From Candidatus Bathyarchaeota archaeon (GTDB lineage Archaea > Thermoproteota > Bathyarchaeia > RBG-16-48-13 > JAGMEO01), in assembly GCA_030602965.1 (NCBI GenBank), contig JAUVYS010000002.1, forward strand, positions 1 to 46,433: a stretch of DNA of 46,433 bases. The letters are read 5' to 3'. Position numbers and translations under genes: made by a program. Shown in pieces: positions 9,396-17,629 of the stretch (within the stretch, counting starts at the first letter, position 1; each line of letters opens with the position of its first letter). The notes under the pieces are model-generated. The model worked only from the letters and a program-made list of their open reading frames with translations, did no database searches and was not told the DNA's origin.

Positions 9396-9533
9396 TTGAA
9401 TGAAACTCAGATTGATGCTTTGGATTTAACGATTGCTGCTTTGCGCTCTTACGAGAAACGAATGGGTGAACTTGTAGAAACATTCGCTGAATTGATTGTA
9501 GAAGTGACTCGCCTAGTTAAACAGGTGAATTAA
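9396..9533 (+). CDS. Small coiled-coil protein (45 aa, not in ORF track)
   Basis: Hand translation MNETQIDALDLTIAALRSYEKRMGELVETFAELIVEVTRLVKQVN; TATA-like TTATTTATG upstream. Confidence 0.45.
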   Translation: MNETQIDALDLTIAALRSYEKRMGELVETFAELIVEVTRLVKQVN

Positions 9534-9743
9534 CATTCTTCTTCCTTTCTTGATATGTTCACACTCATATTCAACTGTACGAGTTTCTTTATTATACTTG
9601 TAAGCTAAATGACCATCAATTTTATCAAAAAGCCATGAATATTTTTGTGTTGAATATGCTCTCGCCGTTTTACTATAATCTGATAATCTAAGGGCATCAG
9701 GATATTTTTTCTTAAATTCAGATTCATTTATTGTGTTTTCCAT
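9513..9743 (-). CDS. Hypothetical protein
   Basis: ORF in operon; GGTGG RBS before MENTIN. Confidence 0.55.
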   Translation of the reverse strand: MENTINESEFKKKYPDALRLSDYSKTARAYSTQKYSWLFDKIDGHLAYKYNKETRTVEYECEHIKKGRRMLIHLFN

Positions 9744-9937
9744 CTTTCCACCCATGGTAGGTTTGTCTCATCCTTCAGTTGCAGTTCGTCTTGGTCTATA
9801 TATGATTCTTTCAATTCGCACACGCGCGCAAACCTGGTTACTTTGTTACATCTTATGCATCTGATTACGAGTTTTTTTCCCTTTATTTTGCGAACTTCAT
9901 ATCGGTTGGTTCCGCAAACTTCACAATCCAATTTCAA
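9728..9937 (-). CDS. Zn-ribbon protein
   Basis: CEVCG...CIRC. Confidence 0.6.
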   Translation of the reverse strand: MKLDCEVCGTNRYEVRKIKGKKLVIRCIRCNKVTRFARVCELKESYIDQDELQLKDETNLPWVERWKTQ

Positions 9938-10134
9938 CCACCTCGAACGTAATTTTTACATGAAGATGCTATGAGTTTTAGTAAATCTTCTTTGAATTGA
10001 CTAAACTTTGATTCTTCAATGACTTTACTGAGTGATGGAGCAAGAGACAAAAAAGTAGGATTTTCTGCTATCTGATAATTCGCCTTCTCTAAGATAGAGC
10101 AGCCTCGATTGCAATTACGACAACTTTCTAACAT
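9934..10134 (-). CDS. Small Cys-rich protein
   Basis: GGAGGTGA RBS; CRNCNRGC...CKNY. Confidence 0.6.
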   Translation of the reverse strand: MLESCRNCNRGCSILEKANYQIAENPTFLSLAPSLSKVIEESKFSQFKEDLLKLIASSCKNYVRGG

Positions 10135-10147
10135 TATATCACCTCCC

Positions 10148-10402
10148 TTAAGCCTCGATGAATCTATTGAATTCATTCCACATTTCTAGCGCTGTATCGC
10201 CTTTTGTTGTAGTCACAATTTTTTTCCTTTTTTTCTCCTTGACTTCTATACGTAATAATCCTCTTTCCTCTAGGTCTTTAATATACCGCTTAACCTTGGG
10301 AAAGCTTACGCGCGCTCCAAAATACAGATTAGTTACTCCACAACCGCTATGTGCTAGCTCTAACATCAACATTTGAATCTCAATTTTGCTACGACGACGC
10401 AT
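10148..10402 (-). CDS. Winged-helix transcription regulator (HTH_45/ArnR1-like)
   Basis: RRRSKIEI...L..RGLL...TTKG...L pattern typical of archaeal stand-alone wHTH proteins. Confidence 0.8.
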   Translation of the reverse strand: MRRRSKIEIQMLMLELAHSGCGVTNLYFGARVSFPKVKRYIKDLEERGLLRIEVKEKKRKKIVTTTKGDTALEMWNEFNRFIEA

Positions 10403-10634
10403 AAATCATATTCCTCCAATTCACGCCATGCCTAAGACTCAAAAACAAAGGGGTTAACGTTGCTTCAAGCCAAGAGATATCTTCAGAGCAGGGTTTCGTG
10501 CTAGAGAACATCAATAAATACTTTTTTAGCGTCATGAATCTTTATTAATTCTTTCCTCTTCGCTATCAGCCAATCCCTAAAGTTCTTCTCTCCCAAATCA
10601 GGTTCTTCACACCTAATATAATAAACAACTTGCA

Positions 10635-10832
10635 TCATTCCACCTCCAAAGGTTTACAAACTGCGAACCAATGTCCTATATCGATAATATCATGATCTTC
10701 TATGCCTTTTCCACACTTCGGACATGGCCCACATTCAAAATAGACTTTAGCCCACATTTCGGCTGTCTCACCACGAATACGAACCTCTTCAGATTCAATC
10801 ATTTCTTTTCCCAATTTCTTTTTCTCCTTCAA
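10635..10832 (-). CDS. Small Zn-binding protein
   Basis: CPKCG...H...C. Confidence 0.55.
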   Translation of the reverse strand: MKEKKKLGKEMIESEEVRIRGETAEMWAKVYFECGPCPKCGKGIEDHDIIDIGHWFAVCKPLEVE

Positions 10833-11030
10833 TTAACCATAATATGATGTGTCGTGAAGACAGCCTAATTCTTGTGATCCACAGAAAGGACAATATTTCG
10901 GTTTTTCCTTAAGGTTTTCCTGCTTATTACTATCTTCTTCAGGAATCCAGGGATAAGTTGATTTTACAACCATTGGAAAATCTAAATTACATTTTTTACA
11001 TGTAATCCAACCAAGACCTATTTCTCCCAT
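10833..11030 (-). CDS. Zn-ribbon protein
   Basis: CKKC...PKYCPFCG. Confidence 0.65.
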   Translation of the reverse strand: MGEIGLGWITCKKCNLDFPMVVKSTYPWIPEEDSNKQENLKEKPKYCPFCGSQELGCLHDTSYYG

Positions 11031-11404
11031 CTTTTTCTCCTTCTCTTCTTCATATATCCCCTTGGAATTTTTGCGTAAAAAGGTTTAGCTAACACGTTTT
11101 CAGAGAGCTCTTTTCCCACGATTGAACCCCACCAATTAAGACGGACATTAAAAGTGAATGTGTAACCTTGCAGTTCAAAATAAGCTACACGTCCTTTACA
11201 GTCATTAAGCATCATGAGTTCATGCAGGGTGAATCCTTCTTTTGCGTAAATATGATAGCCTCTCCCTGAAGGACTACTCCTTAACTCAACAGTCTTACCA
11301 AGGTAACGAGCATTAAAATATTTTTGTAGCATACGGAATTGATTACAATAATCCATATCAACTGACTGGGCTCTTGTAGGTCTATGAGGAATGGTTTTAA
11401 TCAT
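11018..11404 (-). CDS. Minimal AEP (primase-polymerase)-like protein
   Basis: VDMD (DxD), SPSGRGYHIY (SxxGxH) and a later Asp; very short. Confidence 0.45.
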   Translation of the reverse strand: MIKTIPHRPTRAQSVDMDYCNQFRMLQKYFNARYLGKTVELRSSPSGRGYHIYAKEGFTLHELMMLNDCKGRVAYFELQGYTFTFNVRLNWWGSIVGKELSENVLAKPFYAKIPRGYMKKRRRKRWEK

Positions 11405-11609
11405 GTTTTTCCTCTCCTACGCGCGCGTATTTTACATCTCTAAGATCAGGATGCCTTCTCATGACTTGAACAAGAATGATACTTGTATCCCACTCTTGTC
11501 TGAGATGTAGAATTTTATGATTCTGAAACATTCTTAGTGCATCACGAGAATTATCTTCTTCGCCTAGAATTTCCATGTTGTTTTCTTTGAGTAGTATGTA
11601 GTCTTTCAT
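11397..11609 (-). CDS. Hypothetical protein
   Basis: ORF coupled to neighbours. Confidence 0.55.
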   Translation of the reverse strand: MKDYILLKENNMEILGEEDNSRDALRMFQNHKILHLRQEWDTSIILVQVMRRHPDLRDVKYARVGEEKHD

Positions 11610-11767
11610 TTTTTATTCATTCTCCTCTGATCCTAAGTAGTGTTTTCCCTTAACATTTGGAAGTTTTACATAGAAGAGTCCGTTTTCATCTTCGAAGATT
11701 TTAGTCAATAGATTAAGTTTAGGAATGAAGAACATTCCAAGATCTTCTGTACTTTTCATCTGATCCT

Positions 11768-12721
11768 TCATTTTTTCTTGCGCCCTCTTTTTGCGCCTGC
11801 ACGTTCTCCTAATGGAATATCTTCATCCCACGTCATATCTCCACTGTCTTTTTCTCCCGGGCTAGCAAAAACTCCACGTCTACGCCAGTACCAATCATAA
11901 AAAATAGGGGTTACTTCTTCTTTTCGACTTATTAATTCACGGATTATTTCTGGTGGTGTATCTGAATATGTTGCGCTTGGTTCTGCCGTGATGCTTCCAT
12001 AGAACATGGACTTAAACCAAGTTCTGATTTTTGTTGTAGCATACGTTAAGTAATACTGTGTTCTAGATCCTCTAACGTCATAGTCTAAACTGATGCTTAT
12101 TATGATAATTACGCCTTCACTTTCTGTATCAACATTGGCAGTTACAGTGACATGGTGAATTCGAGTCTCTAATATTTCATGTTTCTGTTTTAAAAAGGCT
12201 TCTTCTTCTCTAATTGATGTGGTTAAGGTGCTGATTTGTCCAAGGTAATATTCATAATTACTTCGCAGTTCAGCAAGTCGAATGATATAAGTTTGTTCTC
12301 GTTTTATCCAGCCTCGATATGCACCTAGACTTCTTCGATCCCGAGTCTGCCAACCTTCATAAGAACTTATTACCCGTATCAATTTACGGATTGATTCAAG
12401 AATACTGAGTCGTCTTATAGGAATAGGTAGAGGCCATTCATACAAACGTTCTTGAAAAATAGTTAAACGTTTACTTATCTCTTCAATTTTTTGTTGTCGA
12501 TCACTTATTCTATCTTCTAAGTTTTGAATAGCTTCACGTCTAGTTTTTATTCGTTCATCTCTATCAATATCTTGTTCTTTTTTTATTAATTGAGTGATTT
12601 CATCCAAGTATGTTTTAGCAGCAGACAATTGTTCCTTAGAATCTTCAAGGATTTCTTCTTCACGAAGTATTTCAGCAGTTAATTCTTCATCTGATAACTG
12701 ACTGAAATCTATAAAAGCCAA
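11768..12721 (-). CDS. Coiled-coil protein with C-terminal alpha/beta domain
   Basis: Heptad-rich first ~185 aa, then beta-like segments and a basic tail. Confidence 0.7.
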   Translation of the reverse strand: MAFIDFSQLSDEELTAEILREEEILEDSKEQLSAAKTYLDEITQLIKKEQDIDRDERIKTRREAIQNLEDRISDRQQKIEEISKRLTIFQERLYEWPLPIPIRRLSILESIRKLIRVISSYEGWQTRDRRSLGAYRGWIKREQTYIIRLAELRSNYEYYLGQISTLTTSIREEEAFLKQKHEILETRIHHVTVTANVDTESEGVIIIISISLDYDVRGSRTQYYLTYATTKIRTWFKSMFYGSITAEPSATYSDTPPEIIRELISRKEEVTPIFYDWYWRRRGVFASPGEKDSGDMTWDEDIPLGERAGAKRGRKKK

Positions 12722-12737
12722 CCAATCACTTTCTAGC

Positions 12738-12902
12738 TCAGTCTGTTTTTATCCGTCTTACTATAGGTGGACGTTTCTTCTGGAGAACACGGTATCCACA
12801 ATGAGAACATTTAATGCGACCACCGCGCATTTCTAGTTCTTTATATGAAGTGTCACGTCCACATCGAATACATTTATACATTAATTCGTCTTTTTCACTC
12901 AT
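12738..12902 (-). CDS. rpoP: DNA-directed RNA polymerase subunit P (Rpo12) homologue (54 aa, not in ORF track)
   Basis: Hand translation MSEKDELMYKCIRCGRDTSYKELEMRGGRIKCSHCGYRVLQKKRPPIVRRIKTD matches YxCxxCG...IxCxxCGYRxLxKxRPxxV. Confidence 0.88.
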   Translation of the reverse strand: MSEKDELMYKCIRCGRDTSYKELEMRGGRIKCSHCGYRVLQKKRPPIVRRIKTD

Positions 12903-13153
12903 TAATAACAAAACCCTTGTTCACGATCATATTTACATTTACGTCGAATCGGGGCGGCGCGGTTCCACCAAAGCTTCATATCTCCAGCTTCCCGTCGTTG
13001 CTGTACACGACAATGACTACGACAATACTCATTTTGTTCAAGAATATTCACTTGTCTATATCGTCTTCCCCTTAACCTTCTCATACAAAGCATACAATCT
13101 GATATAGGAGGATCGATTACGTTTTGCATCTCTATAATCATTAAAGACTGCAT
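12902..13153 (-). CDS. Cys-rich hypothetical protein
   Basis: CMLC...CRSHC; TAATG-coupled to rpoP. Confidence 0.55.
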   Translation of the reverse strand: MQSLMIIEMQNVIDPPISDCMLCMRRLRGRRYRQVNILEQNEYCRSHCRVQQRREAGDMKLWWNRAAPIRRKCKYDREQGFCY

Positions 13154-13166
13154 GAACCTTCACTAT

Positions 13167-13184
13167 TATATACTGAGTTTTTGC
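13167..13184 (-). promoter_or_regulatory. GCAAAA-N8-TATA element heading the rpoP operon
   Basis: GCAAAA ACTCAGTA TATA, 13 nt before ATG at 13153. Confidence 0.7.
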
Positions 13185-13196
13185 TTATTTTAGCAT

Positions 13197-13733
13197 GTGG
13201 CTGGTTTGGATAAAGATAAGATTTCGTTGGCTAAACTGTTTCGATCCAAAAAAAAATTGAATACTCCCCTGCAACGGGCATTATACAAACCGTCACTAAT
13301 AGAATTATTAACAGCGGAACCGGAAGAGGACGGGGTGATCGTGGAGGATGTTGCAGTCGTCCTTAAACCTTATGGAAAAACTAAAAGTATGATAGCACGC
13401 GTTTTTCCTTTGATTGAAATCCAAAAATTTAAGCCGTTGATCGACAGAAAAAAAATAACTGGATTAAAAATAACAGTGAAGGATGGTGCGTTAGCATGTT
13501 TAGTCGCTTCGGGCTGTGGAACTGTAAGTCAAATAACAGGTTTTTTACGCGCAGTCTCAGTACATTACCCTGAATTTAAAGATGTGAAAACCGAGACGGT
13601 TGGCCAGGCTCTCAGCAGATTAGTTGCAGGCAGAATCATTCAACCTTCTTCAGATTATGTGTCTGGAGAAAAAGTGCAATGCTTATCAGTGCCTAAACAA
13701 AAAGAATTATTATACAGAGAACGATGGTGGTAA
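13197..13733 (+). CDS. Protein with C-terminal winged helix
   Basis: TVSQIT...TVGQALSRLVAGRII wHTH pattern. Confidence 0.55.
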   Translation: MAGLDKDKISLAKLFRSKKKLNTPLQRALYKPSLIELLTAEPEEDGVIVEDVAVVLKPYGKTKSMIARVFPLIEIQKFKPLIDRKKITGLKITVKDGALACLVASGCGTVSQITGFLRAVSVHYPEFKDVKTETVGQALSRLVAGRIIQPSSDYVSGEKVQCLSVPKQKELLYRERWW

Positions 13734-13734
13734 C

Positions 13735-15243
13735 GTGCCACTGACAAAAGAACAGTTAAGATTGATTTGGGATCGTTGGAGAACAAAGTATCCCTGGGAT
13801 GTTCTTAAACGTACTTTTCCTTTTCCTCAAAACCTTATTTCATTATATGATTGGTGGACAGGAATCTTACATTCAAGAGGAGTAGACATTGACGAATATG
13901 ATTTTGAAGCTTATCTTGATCCAACTTTAACAAGAAAAGAACATGAACAACTCCTTGAAACATTGATTACTGCTCCTCCAGGAGAAGAAATGTATGAAGC
14001 ATGGGCGCAAGAAGCCATAAATAAAATACAGGATGAAGCTAGAGAAGCCGGATTATTAGAACCGTACGAAAAAAAAATTAGAAGTCTTGAACGAACAGAA
14101 AAAAAATCCAAACGAAAATATGAGAAAGCGAAAGAATTAGAAGATGAATTACGAAGAGAACTCCGAGAAAAAGAGGGTGAGGTTGAACGATTAAAACTAA
14201 CTAAAAAAGTCACTGTGAAATTCACACGTGACTATCCTAGTTTTGTCGGGTATGATTTAGAAACTTATGGTCCCTTCAAAACAGGTGAATTAACAAGTCT
14301 TCCAGAAGCAAACGCCGCCATCTTAATTGAACAAAAAGTGGCTTCTATTTGGGGTATACCTAAAATTGAAAAAGTTTTACCGGTAATGCCTCCAAGAGAA
14401 TTGACAAAAGAAGAGAAAAAGAGGCTTCAAGACGTTTTTAACGCTGCTCTTTTTGATGGTTTAGGCCGGATACCTGCAAGCACTATTTCTAAGTTCAGGG
14501 TTGAACTCGAAAAAATTAAGGATCTGTCTTATGTTGAAGCAGAGAAACGTATTTTAGAGTTAGCACAAGAAATTGTTGGAATGATTATAGCCACTAAAAA
14601 AATTGTGCCTGCCAGACCGCCTAGAAAAGTTGAAGTTTATCGTCCACCACGAGAAGAAGATGAACTCTACGCTATGCCTCATGTTTCACCTGCCGAACCT
14701 CCTGAATGGCCGTTAGAACCGCCTGTAATGAAGTTTCCACGAAGCCCCTCAAGTCGAGAGGAACAAGCATTTTGGAAAGCTTTTCAGTATAAACTTCAAA
14801 CGCAGGGATTTAATCCTTGGGAGTGGCAACGAGAATTTAACAATTATATTTCTAAGATGCAGTTCCGTAGCTGGAAAGCTCTTGTTAAAGCCTACGAATT
14901 GTTTGTTGAAACCATTAAGGAAAAGAAAGAGCTTCCACCGTTATGGCAGTGGAGCGGGGTTCCACCTCCAAGCTTAAACTATTTGCCAAAAGAATTAGAA
15001 AAGAAAAGAGCAGGAGCCATAATTCACTACACATCAGTATTGATTAGAAACGCTAGACGTGCGCGTGAACCTTATCAACCAACCTTAGAAGAACTGAGAG
15101 AGGATCTCGGTGATATTATGGGTATAACTAATGTAACATTTGATGAAATAAAAACTGCTTTAATGGAAGCTTACAAAGAAAAAGACGTAAGACTAATAGG
15201 GATTACACTGGAAGAGTTAAACAATTTTCTGGAAGCAACCTAA
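13735..15243 (+). CDS. Multidomain protein containing a Gins51/Gins15 C-terminal (B) domain; putative replication factor
   Basis: VTVKFTRDYPSFVGYDLETYGPFKTGELTSLPEANAAILIEQKVA (about 14209-14343) matches the archaeal GINS B-domain; GTG start 1 nt after the upstream stop. Confidence 0.75.
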   Translation: MPLTKEQLRLIWDRWRTKYPWDVLKRTFPFPQNLISLYDWWTGILHSRGVDIDEYDFEAYLDPTLTRKEHEQLLETLITAPPGEEMYEAWAQEAINKIQDEAREAGLLEPYEKKIRSLERTEKKSKRKYEKAKELEDELRRELREKEGEVERLKLTKKVTVKFTRDYPSFVGYDLETYGPFKTGELTSLPEANAAILIEQKVASIWGIPKIEKVLPVMPPRELTKEEKKRLQDVFNAALFDGLGRIPASTISKFRVELEKIKDLSYVEAEKRILELAQEIVGMIIATKKIVPARPPRKVEVYRPPREEDELYAMPHVSPAEPPEWPLEPPVMKFPRSPSSREEQAFWKAFQYKLQTQGFNPWEWQREFNNYISKMQFRSWKALVKAYELFVETIKEKKELPPLWQWSGVPPPSLNYLPKELEKKRAGAIIHYTSVLIRNARRAREPYQPTLEELREDLGDIMGITNVTFDEIKTALMEAYKEKDVRLIGITLEELNNFLEAT

Positions 15244-15290
15244 AAAGTCTACTATAAAAAAAGAAGAGGTAAGTTTACCCTAGAGTAAAT

Positions 15291-15551
15291 TTACCTAGTC
15301 GGTGTCACGGTGACTTTCTTGTATAGTTTAGATCCTTTTCTTGCTTTTGACACGTACTTTTCTTGACCGGGGCCTTTCCCTACCATATCCCTAGAGATGA
15401 TAGCGTTTCTTTCAGCTCTGCTTTCAATGCCTAAAGTCTTATGTGCGGCAACTGTAAAAGCTGCCTTAACGTCTGGATGTCCAGCACCAGGAGCACGTCG
15501 GCTTCGGGGAAATATCGTTACGTGTTTCTTAGCCGCGGTTGCCATAATCAT
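15291..15551 (-). CDS. Small basic protein, candidate nucleocapsid/DNA-binding protein
   Basis: K/R-rich; own GAAGTTTTAAAT promoter, AGGTGG RBS and T7 terminator. Confidence 0.5.
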   Translation of the reverse strand: MIMATAAKKHVTIFPRSRRAPGAGHPDVKAAFTVAAHKTLGIESRAERNAIISRDMVGKGPGQEKYVSKARKGSKLYKKVTVTPTR

Positions 15552-15729
15552 TATTCCACCTTTCTGGCCTAGTAACAAGAGGCCGGCAGGATTAATTCGT
15601 TGCCATTTCGCGACCATTTTATATCACTGAGGGTAAATGTGGTGAACTCAGACATTTAAAACTTCCGTGAACGTGAGGGTTATTGATCTGAACAAAAAAC
15701 TAATAAGTGTCTACTACGTGTTTAATTGC

Positions 15730-16320
15730 ATGCAAACTTGTTCGGATGAAGCTGTAGCTTGGTTCTTCATGGGTGAAGGAAATGCCACGTTTGAGTGTAT
15801 GCAAAGACATGAGCAAAGAGGACTTTCAGCTATTTTAGGCTACCAAGTAAGACCATATATATCAATTTCAAACACTGACTTAACCCTCATGAGGTTACTA
15901 AGAGGTTGGTTTAAAGCTAAAAAGATAAAACATAATGTGTATATACCAAAAACCAAACCACCTCGTAAACCTTGTGCGGTTTTAAAAATAGGACGCGTTG
16001 TAGATGTGAAAAAATTCTTAGAGATTATTTTGCCATACCTTATAGGACGAAAACAGACGGTTTGCCAACTTATGTTGGAATGTTTAAATAAATTTGGAAG
16101 AGAAGGATGGAGTGAGATTATAAAAACGAAGGGAATAATAACTCGTACAAAAAAAGGAAGGATCTCAAGTTTGATCATAAACTGGGATGTGGAACAAGAG
16201 AAGAAAAGGTTTTTAGAGATAATGAGATACAGAGATTACATCTTATCCATTAATAGTGGACGGAAAGCAAAAAATAACTACGCCTATTTTGCTAATCTTT
16301 GGGGGATGGAAATTGGGTAG
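15730..16320 (+). CDS. Single-motif LAGLIDADG homing endonuclease
   Basis: VAWFFMGEG, ISISNTD, FLEIILPYLIGRK. Confidence 0.8.
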   Translation: MQTCSDEAVAWFFMGEGNATFECMQRHEQRGLSAILGYQVRPYISISNTDLTLMRLLRGWFKAKKIKHNVYIPKTKPPRKPCAVLKIGRVVDVKKFLEIILPYLIGRKQTVCQLMLECLNKFGREGWSEIIKTKGIITRTKKGRISSLIINWDVEQEKKRFLEIMRYRDYILSINSGRKAKNNYAYFANLWGMEIG

Positions 16321-16600
16321 TATTGTTCATCGTATTAAGGGTAAAAAAGACCGATTCTATCCTCCGTTCAAGATTTTTCCTTACGAAGAATTAGCTGAGG
16401 TTTTGAAGAATGATATGACCGCTTTTATTGAGGATCGTCCTACAACTAATAGTTTTAAACGAGGGACGGTTTGGAAGGCGAGTAAAAAATTGTCCGACAT
16501 GCTTGGTAAGAAAGTCGCTTATAAAAAAGGATTTATGCGTCTTGACGATGGAGACGCATTAGAGGGCTACCTCTTCTATATTGAGGGTGAATCTATATAG
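16313..16600 (+). CDS. Hypothetical protein
   Basis: ORF overlapping the endonuclease stop; TTG start. Confidence 0.55.
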   Translation: MGSIVHRIKGKKDRFYPPFKIFPYEELAEVLKNDMTAFIEDRPTTNSFKRGTVWKASKKLSDMLGKKVAYKKGFMRLDDGDALEGYLFYIEGESI

Positions 16601-16622
16601 AGATTCTTTTACATCTCAAAAA

Positions 16623-17132
16623 TTAGCCTGTTGGACCGATGGTTCTCATTCTAACAAATTGTTTATAGACTCCTTCCAGTTGTTTTTTTAGTTCTCTCGC
16701 TTCTTCGCTTCTCAGTCCTTCAAGGCATTCGTAAAGAATTTGTACCAACTCATATTCTTTTATGTTAGCTTCTCGTCTTGCTTTGGTGAACCAGTCAGTC
16801 ATTTTTGTTTTTCCGTTGAGTACATCCGTAAGTTCCTGTCTTTCTTGTACTCTGATTTTTAAGGCTCTGTATCTTGCATCACGGTCTAACCCGTCTAGGG
16901 GAGTGAGTCTTTCCACTACTTGATTCACGAAGATGGTCATATCCGGGTTTAATGATTGAGGAGAAGAAGAAATAACTGGTTGACTAGATTCAGATACAAC
17001 TTCCATATTTAATGATGAAGCGAGTAATCCTTGTGTGTATGGCGATTTAAAATAGAGTTCACTGGTTGGACATTGATAAAGTCCTTGGGCGATTCGTTGA
17101 AGTTTCTGGTCACAATAAGGACAGTTACGCAC
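16623..17132 (-). CDS. Zn-ribbon plus helical domain protein
   Basis: CPYC...YQCP at the N-terminus. Confidence 0.65.
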   Translation of the reverse strand: MRNCPYCDQKLQRIAQGLYQCPTSELYFKSPYTQGLLASSLNMEVVSESSQPVISSSPQSLNPDMTIFVNQVVERLTPLDGLDRDARYRALKIRVQERQELTDVLNGKTKMTDWFTKARREANIKEYELVQILYECLEGLRSEEARELKKQLEGVYKQFVRMRTIGPTG

Positions 17133-17135
17133 TTT

Positions 17136-17459
17136 TTAGTCACTTGGTTTCAATCTGTATTCTATCCCAAGTTGAGCAGCGAATCCTACAAAGAATCCGA
17201 AAACTAAATAACAGATTCCTTCAAGAGTGTTTCCTGAAATAATGTTAGATATTACGGCTGGACTTGCTCCCGCAGCACCCATTAATCCAGCTACAAAAGC
17301 TCGATGATACTTATTTACATCCCAAGGCTTACCTTCATTTTCATTAGAAGAAGCATTGGTTTTCACTCTCTTTTGGAAAATAAGGTTTTGATTAAGCTTG
17401 GAAAGTTTAAAGAAAGATTTTTTTAATTCCGTTTTTTTCTCCTCCAGTTTATGATTCAA
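17136..17459 (-). CDS. Small 2-TM membrane protein (holin-like topology)
   Basis: Basic N-terminus and two Gly/Ala-rich helices, near the end of the structural operon. Confidence 0.55.
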   Translation of the reverse strand: MNHKLEEKKTELKKSFFKLSKLNQNLIFQKRVKTNASSNENEGKPWDVNKYHRAFVAGLMGAAGASPAVISNIISGNTLEGICYLVFGFFVGFAAQLGIEYRLKPSD

Positions 17460-17628
17460 TTATTCTGTATTCTGTCCAGAATTTGCCTTCAACACCTTCG
17501 ATTTCTAAGAATTCAGGATCTATCAAGTAACCTTCTTCTGGTGTCGGTTCAGTGTCGCTAGGTCCAACAATCCTATACTCCAATACTGCGTCTTTTACAA
17601 TTTGAATAGGCACCGTTAAATAACTCAC
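17449..17628 (-). CDS. Small acidic hypothetical protein
   Basis: GTG start after GGAGGGGG RBS. Confidence 0.55.
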   Translation of the reverse strand: MSYLTVPIQIVKDAVLEYRIVGPSDTEPTPEEGYLIDPEFLEIEGVEGKFWTEYRIIES

Positions 17629-17629
17629 T

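Noticed and set aside
12814..13107. Plus-strand ORFs 12814..13107 and 12845..13075
   Set aside because: Antisense shadows of rpoP and its coupled upstream gene.
15667..16320. LAGLIDADG gene as part of an intron or intein
   Set aside because: It has its own promoter-like sequence, no split host gene and no intein terminal motifs; treated as free-standing.
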